Part shown: in pieces, positions 9,172-16,562 of the stretch
Position numbering within the stretch: position 1 is the first letter of the stretch
Layout of the letters: every line of letters begins with the position of its first letter
Source of the DNA: Planctomycetota bacterium
GTDB taxonomy: Bacteria; Planctomycetota; B15-G4; JADJEK01
DNA: 29,083 bases
Direction of reading: 5' to 3'
Assembly (NCBI GenBank): GCA_044225365.1
Contig: JBGAIQ010000065.1
Coordinates: 1-29,083, forward strand
Made by a program: the position numbers and the translations under genes
The notes under the pieces: model-generated
Databases searched by the model: none
Seen by the model: only the letters and a program-made list of their open reading frames with translations
Told to the model about the DNA's origin: nothing

Positions 9172-9324
9172 GATTTTTGCGGAACGCATTCGAATTCTCT
9201 TCATGGATGGAGACGTCTTCCCGCCGGTCACGACGCATGGGACCTATCTAATGAACCGACGTGCGGTGACGTGAAAGAGCGTGGAGTCGTCTCAGGACTT
9301 TAGGTTCTACGACCTCACCCGCTG

Positions 9325-9341
9325 CGCACTCGCCGTACCAA
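9325..9341 (-). promoter_or_regulatory. sigma-54 (-24/-12) promoter candidate
   Basis: Minus strand reads TTGGTACG-GCGA-GTGC, GG-N10-GC, upstream of the PRC-barrel gene. Confidence 0.55.
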
Positions 9342-9552
9342 TCGCACGAGCCGGAAACGGGCGTTCACTTCTCCATATGAGCTGCACTCGAGAGTAGAAA
9401 TGGGCACATCGCTTCCCGAGGCGGTGCCCGATTCTTCATTGTTCTACTTCGTCCCGCATGCGATCGAGCATGGGCGCCACCTTCACACCTCGGGCCGATG
9501 TTTGCTCCGGCGCGAGGATCCCGACTCCATGGAAATTCGATTCGAGGAACTC

Positions 9553-9771
9553 ATGAATCGACCCGACGATCCAACGCCTGTCCCCAAGTCGGACGAACGA
9601 CTCGCCGACGTTCCACGCTCCAAGAAGCTCCCAGAAGACCCGGACGATTCGAACTCGGATCTGCCGACGTTCGATCCCGCGCTCGACATCGATCGCTGGA
9701 GATCGAATTCGAAGGAGAAGCGCGGACCCAGCGACGGCGAAACTCTCGATCGCGATGCGAAGGACGAGTGA
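9553..9771 (+). CDS. Small hydrophilic (Asp/Pro-rich) protein, 72 aa
   Basis: GAGGA RBS before ATG 9553; MNRPDDPTPVPKSDERL...; followed by a terminator hairpin. Confidence 0.55.
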   Translation: MNRPDDPTPVPKSDERLADVPRSKKLPEDPDDSNSDLPTFDPALDIDRWRSNSKEKRGPSDGETLDRDAKDE

Positions 9772-9780
9772 TCGCGAAGA

Positions 9781-9813
9781 GAGCCGGTCCGGAACTCTGT
9801 TCCAAACCGGCTC
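9781..9813. terminator. Hairpin between convergent genes
   Basis: GAGCCGGT..GGAAC-TCT-GTTCC..ACCGGCTC between the stops at 9771 (+) and 9859 (-). Confidence 0.6.
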
Positions 9814-9858
9814 CTCGTATTCGAGGTCACGTCTCGTCGAGTCGGTTCCTAGGGTTGG

Positions 9859-10839
9859 TTACTTCGACTTCGAGCCGCTCGATGCGGAAGAACTGCCCAT
9901 CGTGGAAGTCGAGGAGCCATAGGCCGACGTACCCTGGGATTCCGAACCCGACTTCGATCCTGCGCTCGTGCCGGACGAAGCCGACGACGAATTTGTGCCG
10001 GCAGGTTGGACCTTCAACTTGTTCTCGACGTCGTGGACGCCGGAAACGCTGGCGGCGATGTCTTCGGCCCGACGCTTCTCCTCGCGCGTACTCACGGTTC
10101 CGGTCAGCGTGACCTCGCCATTGCTCACCTTGCACTCGATGTTCGACGCATCGATTCGGGCGTCATCGGTGAGCCGGTCGCACACTTCCTCGTGAAGGGT
10201 GGTGTCGTTGCGCCGATATCCCTTCGGACCCTTGCCGCGATGTGAGATGCCGGTATCGGTGCCAGACGTTTCCGATCCGCGCCATCCCGCACCGCCACCG
10301 AAGTCTCGGTCGACCGCGCGGTTCCAACGGGTCGGATCGAACGAAGTCGACATCGAGTCGTATCCGCTCGTGCCGGCGTCGAAGCGATTTCGGTAGCTGG
10401 CGCCCTCGCCACGGCCGGACGTCTCGAATCCGCCGAAGTTGCGCGAGCGCGAGCCGCTGCCCGAGGAATTGCCGGTGCGCCCGGAGGATCCCTCGTACCC
10501 ACCACGATCTCCGTATTGCGAGCCATCTTGTTCGAAGGCGTCCTGAAGACGCCGCGACGAGTAATCCTTGTCCCAACTGCGCTGCGACGAGCCCGCCTCC
10601 GTCGACGATTCGCCGCGGTCATGGGATCCGCCGGTCTTTCCGCCGGCTGACCGATCCGACCACGAATCGCGCGAGCGTTCGCTGTCTTGGAAATCGCGGC
10701 GACGCGAGTCATCCGTGGGGCTGCGGGACTCGCTACCACGGGACGTGGAGCGATTCGTTTCACGATAGCTGCCGCATTCGGGGCAGCGCGCTTCGTGAGA
10801 CCGGGAATCGGAACGGGAGGAGTTTTCGTAGCCGACCAT
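9859..10839 (-). CDS. BON-domain protein with long Ser/Gly/Arg/Asp low-complexity regions
   Basis: HRGKGPKGYRRND...EEVCDRLTDDARIDASNIECKVSNGEVTLTGTVSTREEKRRAEDIAASVSGVHDVENKLKV; AGGA RBS; no signal peptide. Confidence 0.92.
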   Translation of the reverse strand: MVGYENSSRSDSRSHEARCPECGSYRETNRSTSRGSESRSPTDDSRRRDFQDSERSRDSWSDRSAGGKTGGSHDRGESSTEAGSSQRSWDKDYSSRRLQDAFEQDGSQYGDRGGYEGSSGRTGNSSGSGSRSRNFGGFETSGRGEGASYRNRFDAGTSGYDSMSTSFDPTRWNRAVDRDFGGGAGWRGSETSGTDTGISHRGKGPKGYRRNDTTLHEEVCDRLTDDARIDASNIECKVSNGEVTLTGTVSTREEKRRAEDIAASVSGVHDVENKLKVQPAGTNSSSASSGTSAGSKSGSESQGTSAYGSSTSTMGSSSASSGSKSK

Positions 10840-10892
10840 ATGGACTTCCTGGGGTTCATTCGATGTAAACGAAACGATGGGCTATCCACCCC

Positions 10893-10908
10893 AGCAATGC
10901 GCGTTCCC
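10893..10908 (-). promoter_or_regulatory. sigma-54 (-24/-12) promoter candidate
   Basis: Minus strand reads GGGAACG-CGCA-TTGCT, GG-N10-GC with a consensus TTGCW -12 box, about 53 nt before the BON ATG. Confidence 0.55.
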
Positions 10909-11290
10909 CGCCATCGCACGGCCCGTCTCGGATTCGCGGAGAGTTGGAGCCTGAGTCCTTCGAGTCACTTGCTTCGCGATAACATCACGCGAAGTTCCAT
11001 GCGGTCGCTTCGACGACCGCCCCGATCTCGCGCGACCTTGCGAGTGAATTTTGTGGACGTCCGGACCGTGTGGCCTGAAAGGAACGAACGGACCCGCGAG
11101 ACGATGGATCGCTCGATGAAGGAGTGACGGTGCTCGCTCCGATTTCGATCGGGAAGGCGAAATTCGTCGGTCCGCCGACGCCTGCGCGGTTCTCGTGCGG
11201 CATTCGAAGACGACGCGGAATCGTCAACGGTCCTATAGAATCGGGTGACCGTCTCCGTCGTCGAGTGTCCCTCAACTGGAGTCCGAATCC

Positions 11291-11770
11291 ATGCCCGCTT
11301 CCCGACCCTTCGTCTCGACTCTCTCCCGCCTTGCAGCCGCGTATCTGGCGTTCTCGTTCCATTCCTCCGTCGCATTCGGTCAGCAATCCGAACAGGTGAT
11401 GCGCCTCGGCTCTCCTCCGAATCCCGCGTCGTTCCAACCCGGGACGAGTACGGGTCCGGTGATCGGCAAGGTTTGGGACCCCATCCTGATCCCGACCCCG
11501 GTCGTCAATTTCACGGTCATCATGATCAATCCGCTTCCCGGCGCGGCGATCAACGTTCCCACGGCATACGGCACGCTACTGTGTGCGTATCCCCCGATCC
11601 CATCGCTCTTCCTCTTCGGGTTTGCATATCAGATCTATCACATTCCGATTCCGAACGACCCGACGCTCGCCGGTATGCGGTTCTGTGCGCAAGGGCTCGC
11701 GGAAAAGACCTTTGGATATCCAAGTCTCGAATTCTACAACGCGCTCGATTGTAAGATTGGCACGTTCTGA
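11291..11770 (+). CDS. Small secreted beta-rich protein (stand-alone C-terminal-type domain)
   Basis: Signal peptide ending AFG|Q; RLGSPPNP...GPVIG...IPIPNDPTLAGMRFCAQG; TAGAAT -10-like box at 11236-11241. Confidence 0.8.
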   Translation: MPASRPFVSTLSRLAAAYLAFSFHSSVAFGQQSEQVMRLGSPPNPASFQPGTSTGPVIGKVWDPILIPTPVVNFTVIMINPLPGAAINVPTAYGTLLCAYPPIPSLFLFGFAYQIYHIPIPNDPTLAGMRFCAQGLAEKTFGYPSLEFYNALDCKIGTF

Positions 11771-11810
11771 CTCGAGGTCGGCCGCGCGATCGCTCAACCC
11801 ATCGCTCAAT

Positions 11811-11850
11811 CCGTTGAAGAACTCGGCCGGCATTCGCCCGACTGCGAAGC
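11811..11850 (+). repeat. Dispersed hairpin repeat, copy A
   Basis: CCGTTGAAGAACTCGGCCGGCATTCGCCCGACTGCGAAGC; 39/40 identical to the reverse complement of 19285-19324. Confidence 0.9.
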
Positions 11851-11854
11851 AGCT

Positions 11855-12178
11855 ATGGAGCGTCGGACGTCGTCGCTGAGTCATCTCCTGCTGCGACTCC
11901 ATTCGAACTCGGTGACGCTCACGGACGGCGCAGAGGTCTCATCGGGCAAGGAAGAGCGGGCGCTCTCCACCGCGACCGACGATCTCGATGACGAGGAGGA
12001 CGAGCGCGTCGACCACTCTGGAAGTCGAGTCCGTGAATCGCGGTTCGACGTACTCGGCTCGCTCGCGCGGCTTCCTCCGACGGAGGAGCGAGAGGACGTG
12101 GAGTCCTCGGAAGAGGCGATCGAAGTCCGGAAGAAGAGCATGAACGATCGCATGGGACGGCTTCGATCGAACCGTTGA
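11855..12178 (+). CDS. Possible small acidic hypothetical protein
   Basis: GC3-biased frame with a DDLDDEEDE tract that fills the gap; no RBS; start lies in repeat-associated sequence. Confidence 0.4.
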   Translation: MERRTSSLSHLLLRLHSNSVTLTDGAEVSSGKEERALSTATDDLDDEEDERVDHSGSRVRESRFDVLGSLARLPPTEEREDVESSEEAIEVRKKSMNDRMGRLRSNR

Positions 12179-12258
12179 TGGAGCGTGACGCCGCGCTCGA
12201 GCGAGCATGACGCGCTTCGATCGCGTTCGCGAGCGCGCCCGTCCGTGACGGTATTGAA

Positions 12259-12444
12259 TCACTCCCCTTTGGGATTCGAGACCCCTCCGTCGCGCGCATC
12301 GCCTCGCTCCGCCCCATCCGGTTGCGAATCCGCGCGAAGGGGCGGTCGCTGTGCTTCCGCCTTCCTCTCGCGCTTCTCGTCTTGCTTCTTCTTCTTTGCG
12401 AGGTCGCGTTGACGCTTTGCGAACGAATAGTTGGGCTTCGCCAA
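12259..12444 (-). CDS. Small basic conserved hypothetical protein (61 aa, TTG start)
   Basis: (M)AKPNYSFAKRQRDLAKKKKQDEKRERK matches a widespread small-protein N-terminus recalled as MAKPNYxFEKRQRELAKKKK. Confidence 0.75.
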   Translation of the reverse strand: MAKPNYSFAKRQRDLAKKKKQDEKRERKAEAQRPPLRADSQPDGAERGDARDGGVSNPKGE

Positions 12445-12556
12445 GGGAGACTCGCTGATGGGTGGACACGAAGGATGCGGCACGGGATCGACGGTCGGAC
12501 TCGTGTCGCGGCGCGGCGATCCACCCAGCGTAGCCGAAGTCGGGAGCGGCCCGCCC

Positions 12557-13042
12557 CTACTTCTCGATCTGCTTCGCTTTCAACAATTCGATCTCCGCTC
12601 CGAGTCGAGCGTAGGTCGAGAGATCGGCGTCACTCGCGCGTAGTACTCCCACGTTCTGCTTCTGTGTGACGATCGCCTCGAGTTGCTTCGCGATGTCCAC
12701 CTGCTTCTCGCGCGCCGCGACGATCTCGTCCTTCGACTGCGCGACTTCGATCTCGCCGCGAACCACGAAATCCGAAGCCCTCAGCACGTCGTCCAACGAA
12801 CTCGCTCCGTGCTTGAACCGCACGAGTTCCTGTTCGAGCAAGCGCTTCGCGATGTCGAGGCGTTCGACCTGAAGGCGATGGACCTCGGAATCCTCCGCTG
12901 CATTCGCGATCGCAGCGCCCATGGTCGCGAGCGGGGTTCGAAGCGGAAGGAGCGCGATGAGCGCGAGCGGGACGACCCATCCGAGCGAGAGCGGAGTCCG
13001 GCGCGAAGTTTGCCCAATCGACCTCTTCGACATGATTCCCAT
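12557..13042 (-). CDS. Exported helical protein with TolC/OEP-like helix-turn motifs
   Basis: GGAGAGG RBS before ATG 13042; hydrophobic signal; RFKHGASSLDDVLRA and KQNVGVLRASDADL repeat the OEP-like y..G..s..dvl.A turn; no beta-barrel part. Confidence 0.75.
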   Translation of the reverse strand: MGIMSKRSIGQTSRRTPLSLGWVVPLALIALLPLRTPLATMGAAIANAAEDSEVHRLQVERLDIAKRLLEQELVRFKHGASSLDDVLRASDFVVRGEIEVAQSKDEIVAAREKQVDIAKQLEAIVTQKQNVGVLRASDADLSTYARLGAEIELLKAKQIEK

Positions 13043-13178
13043 CGACCTCTCCATTCCGTGTCGCATTCGTTATCTTGTCCTCACCGAAGGGCGGGACCCT
13101 CGAAGCTGCGAGCCTCCTCGGAGCAACCCAAGGGCGCCGTCGCGCCCAATAGTCTATCTCGGACGAGACTCGCTCACG

Positions 13179-13934
13179 ATGCTCCTGACGCAGACCCTCG
13201 CGGCGATCCTCATCGGTGTCTGTCTCGGTCTACTCGGCTCGGGCGGATCCAGTCTCACGGTCCCGGCGCTCGTCTACCTCGTCCATCATGATCCAAAGAC
13301 CGCGATCGCGGAGTCGCTCGCGATCGTCGCTCTCGTCGCGCTCGCCGCGGCGATTCCGCGGTGGATTCGCCGCGAGATCGCATGGCGCGCCGTCGTCTTC
13401 TTCGGCGGCACGAGCATGCTCGGAACCGCGCTCGCCGCAAGGCTCTCCCGTCACGCGAGCGGAGACGTTCAGTTGCTCGCATTTGCCGTCGTCGTCCTGA
13501 TCGCAGCCCTCGCGATGCTGCGTTCGCCCTCGATCGAACGTAGTTCCGCTCCGCGCGCTCCGTTCTGGCTCGCTCTCGATGGTCTACTCGTCGGCGCGGT
13601 CACGGGATTCGTGGGGATCGGCGGTGGCTTCCTCATCGTCCCTGCTCTCCACACCGTCGCTCGCCTCCCTCTCCATCCCGCGATGGCGACGAGCCTCGCG
13701 ATCATCGCGCTGAACGCGGGAGTGGGTTTCGCCGCTTATCGACTCGACGCGGCGAACCAGGGCATCATGATCGATGGGCGCGTCGTCGCCTCGTTCGTCG
13801 TCGCCGGCGCGATCGGAACGCTCGCCGGCGCGCGATTCGGTCGCCGGATCGAACCCAAACCACTGAAGCGAGTGTTCGCGATCGTTCTGATCCTGATCGC
13901 GAGCGGGATCCTGCTCTCGCGGATTCTCCACTGA
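13179..13934 (+). CDS. Sulfite exporter TauE/SafE (TSUP) family membrane protein
   Basis: GLLGSGGSSLTVPALVY...AIAESL and GFVGIGGGFLIVPAL...AMATSL duplicated motifs; about 8 TM segments. Confidence 0.93.
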   Translation: MLLTQTLAAILIGVCLGLLGSGGSSLTVPALVYLVHHDPKTAIAESLAIVALVALAAAIPRWIRREIAWRAVVFFGGTSMLGTALAARLSRHASGDVQLLAFAVVVLIAALAMLRSPSIERSSAPRAPFWLALDGLLVGAVTGFVGIGGGFLIVPALHTVARLPLHPAMATSLAIIALNAGVGFAAYRLDAANQGIMIDGRVVASFVVAGAIGTLAGARFGRRIEPKPLKRVFAIVLILIASGILLSRILH

Positions 13935-13969
13935 GGATTTCAAGGGAGCATGTCGTGGAAGGATCGAAG

Positions 13970-14536
13970 ATGCGAACTCGAGCAACGAACAGACGGAACC
14001 GGCTCCTGATCTTCCTCGCGCCGTTGCTGCTCGTCGCCGCGGGGTGTACCTCCTATCTGAGGTCCCTCGACTCGACCGACTCCCACCTCTCCGGGGAGAC
14101 CTTCACCTACGACTACGAGATCACGGGCCTACGATCGCTGCCCGGACGACCGCTGCGAATGAGCGTCGACCTCCATTTCGACTTCATGCCCGATCTGCAT
14201 GTCGAGCGAGTTCGATTCCTCCTCGGCGACGACGTCATCGCGGTCGCGGATCCTTACTTCGTGTGGTACCTCGAACTCGTCGATGCGCCGAATGGAGAGG
14301 TGACTCCGACCGTGATGAGTCCGAATCCCGCGCTCTGGGCCACGATCGACGAGATGGATGGCGCGGCGCTGCGAGCTCTCTTCGATCCCTATGAATCGGC
14401 GCGTTATCCCGGCCTTCGCGACTTCGACGATCTGGCGCACACGGAATCGACACCCCTCGATCTGCGACTCCTCGGTTCGGAGCGGACTTCCGCCCTGTTC
14501 CCGTTCGATCGGATCGCGAGTGTGGGACCACCCTAG
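13970..14536 (+). CDS. Hypothetical lipoprotein
   Basis: Basic N-region followed by LLIFLAPLLLVAAGC (lipobox). Confidence 0.8.
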   Translation: MRTRATNRRNRLLIFLAPLLLVAAGCTSYLRSLDSTDSHLSGETFTYDYEITGLRSLPGRPLRMSVDLHFDFMPDLHVERVRFLLGDDVIAVADPYFVWYLELVDAPNGEVTPTVMSPNPALWATIDEMDGAALRALFDPYESARYPGLRDFDDLAHTESTPLDLRLLGSERTSALFPFDRIASVGPP

Positions 14537-14544
14537 TAATTCGA

Positions 14545-15807
14545 TCAGGGCGTGACGCCGCGCACGGCGCCGCTGAGCGAGATTCCAAAGGGCCCGGCCG
14601 AGTCCGCCACCGCGCACTGGAGATAGAGAGTCGTCGCCGAGGGAACGCCCAGCGGCCATACCCAGGGCAGGAAGCTCGCGCCGAGTGGATCGGTCACGAT
14701 CCCGACGATCGACACGATGGGGAACGGTACGAGCACGCCACCCAGCAGCGGCGTCGGGTTGCTCGTGAGCGAAACGAACAGAGCCGCCGGCGCGTTCGGC
14801 GCCGCATTCGAGAGCGTGAGGCTGCCCGCCGATCCCGCAGCGAGGGAGCCCGTGCAATCAAGATTCGGAATCCCGTGGACGCCGGCGAGCCCCGACCCGA
14901 GATCCGTCCAGGTCGGACACGAGAAGACGTTCGTGATCGATGTCGCCGTCACGCTGCCGTCGTCGTGCGGCAGGCCGAACATGTCCTCGAGCGTCCGCAG
15001 TACGTCATAGTGATCGATCGTCTGCGAGTAGTTTCCGGGAACGACACAAGCGCCGTAGAACAACGTCACGATGTGATTGTTCGATTGCTTGTCGTCCTCG
15101 TCGAACGTGACGATGAGGAGACTGTCGTGCGAGCCGCACCACGCGGCGTAGGCGCCGAGGTTCGATTGCAGCCACGCGTCGCCCTGCGCGATGGTCCCGT
15201 CGTGCATGTCGTCGAGCTGATCGGGAATGACGAAGCAAACCGTCGGAAGCGAATCGAATGCGTTCGCGGCGGGAAAGTAGCCGGCGAACGGCAGGTTGAT
15301 CGAAGGGGGTAGTTTGTTCGCGGGCAGCGGGATCGTGGAGTCCTGCCAGTTCACCCACGGATTGTGTTTGCGCTGGTACGTCGCGGGCGCGGTCCCGAAC
15401 GAAGCGCCGTCGTAGCCGACGAACGGCATCGTCTCGCTGTAGCCGAGGAACGAGAACCCGGCGCCGAGGAGTTTGGCGCCGAGATTCGGACCGGTGAACT
15501 GGGAGTGCGGGTAGACCGCGTCGGTGGTCACACCCTGCGTCGAACCCGAGAAGAGTGCGATGTAGTTCGGCTGACTCGGATGGAGCAGTCCGAAGCTCTG
15601 CGTCATCGACGCGCCGCCCGCGGCGAGCGAGTTGATGTACGGCGCCGCGGGCGAGCCGATGATCTGCGAATACGCGTGATTCTCCTCGATCACGATCACC
15701 ACGTGCGAGAAGCGGGGCACGCCGTTGTCGGCACGAGCGAGGTCGTTGACGCCCACCGAGACGAGGAGGAGGAGGAGCGCAGCACGGCGACGGAGAAGGC
15801 AGCTCAT
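14545..15807 (-). CDS. Secreted acid phosphatase, phosphoesterase family (SapM-like), with extra C-terminal domain
   Basis: HVVIVIEENH, HPSQPNYIALFSG, YQRKHNPW, DMHDG, LLIVTFDEDD, HYDVLRTLEDMFGL; signal ending ARA|D; about 120-aa tail starting at TWTDLG. Confidence 0.93.
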   Translation of the reverse strand: MSCLLRRRAALLLLLVSVGVNDLARADNGVPRFSHVVIVIEENHAYSQIIGSPAAPYINSLAAGGASMTQSFGLLHPSQPNYIALFSGSTQGVTTDAVYPHSQFTGPNLGAKLLGAGFSFLGYSETMPFVGYDGASFGTAPATYQRKHNPWVNWQDSTIPLPANKLPPSINLPFAGYFPAANAFDSLPTVCFVIPDQLDDMHDGTIAQGDAWLQSNLGAYAAWCGSHDSLLIVTFDEDDKQSNNHIVTLFYGACVVPGNYSQTIDHYDVLRTLEDMFGLPHDDGSVTATSITNVFSCPTWTDLGSGLAGVHGIPNLDCTGSLAAGSAGSLTLSNAAPNAPAALFVSLTSNPTPLLGGVLVPFPIVSIVGIVTDPLGASFLPWVWPLGVPSATTLYLQCAVADSAGPFGISLSGAVRGVTP

Positions 15808-15913
15808 GCGAGTCGATGATAACGAGTCCCACGAACTGCGGCGTTCGGAACGAGGGGCCGAGGCCTCGATCTCCTCGGCGCTCACACCCTCGTTCCGACG
15901 AGATCTCGAGCGC

Positions 15914-16369
15914 TCAGAACGGCCAGTGCTTCTTGATGAAGGAGCCGATGTGCTTCGCGCCATCGACGATGTGCTGCTTGATCGGAGCGAACACGTGCTT
16001 CTTCAGCGGATTCCACACGAGCTCCTTCAGCCCGTCGCGAATCCCGCGACCCATGCGCGTGCCGATCGTCTTGAAGAAGCCGCCGACCTTCTTGAAGAAG
16101 CCGCCGATCTTCCCGAAGAAACCCTTCGACTCCTTCGCGGCCGTCTTGCCGGCGCCGGTCGCTTGCGTCGGCGTTCCCGTGGGAAAGTCGGGAGGGGTGC
16201 CTCCGATCGAATCCGGTGAGACCGGCGCGCGCAGATTCGAAATACTCCCGAGCAGGTCCCCCGCGGGTAGACCGGCAGGATGGAGGATTCGCGGCGCGAT
16301 CGCGCGAGAAGCGAGGTTCATCGAAACGTTCTGCGGACGAGCGAGCTGGGGACGAATGGAGAGGTTCAT
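15914..16369 (-). CDS. Hypothetical protein with cationic amphipathic C-terminal repeats (151 aa)
   Basis: AAAGGA RBS; Pro-rich N-half; GFFGKIG-GFFKKVG-GFFKTIG, then LKELVWNP-LKKHVFAP-IKQHIVDG. Confidence 0.8.
   Translation of the reverse strand: MNLSIRPQLARPQNVSMNLASRAIAPRILHPAGLPAGDLLGSISNLRAPVSPDSIGGTPPDFPTGTPTQATGAGKTAAKESKGFFGKIGGFFKKVGGFFKTIGTRMGRGIRDGLKELVWNPLKKHVFAPIKQHIVDGAKHIGSFIKKHWPF
16061..16123 (-). repeat. 3 x 21-bp coding tandem repeat
   Basis: GCCGATCGTCTTGAAGAAGCC / GCCGACCTTCTTGAAGAAGCC / GCCGATCTTCCCGAAGAAACC. Confidence 0.85.
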
Positions 16370-16562
16370 GGCGAGGTTCCTTTGCGCCCGGTTGGGCAAT
16401 GTGGAGGGACATCCCCCGAAACGAAGTGCACGCGCAGACCGGACACGAAAAGCGGCGTTTTCTTCAGTAGCCGTGCCGCGAGGATCGCCCGACGCGCATC
16501 GTTCTCCCCGGTCACGCGGAGTTCGCTGTCGAATCCCGCGCCCGGTTCTTAACGTGACGTGA

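Noticed and set aside
10972-10994. CTTCGCG-N9-CGCGAAG inverted repeat as an enhancer for the BON promoter
   Set aside because: Position is plausible, but I saw no matching site at the other candidate sigma-54 promoters, and 7-bp GC-rich repeats arise by chance.
11789-11812. 12-bp tandem duplication ATCGCTCAACCC/ATCGCTCAATCC abutting repeat copy A
   Set aside because: Could be an insertion scar, but it is not found at the other copies, so it is not a target-site duplication; insufficient support.
16463-16478. sigma-54-like CGGCACGGCTACTGA upstream of the amphipathic-peptide gene (minus strand)
   Set aside because: The -12 dinucleotide is GA rather than GC and the TT is missing; too weak to call.
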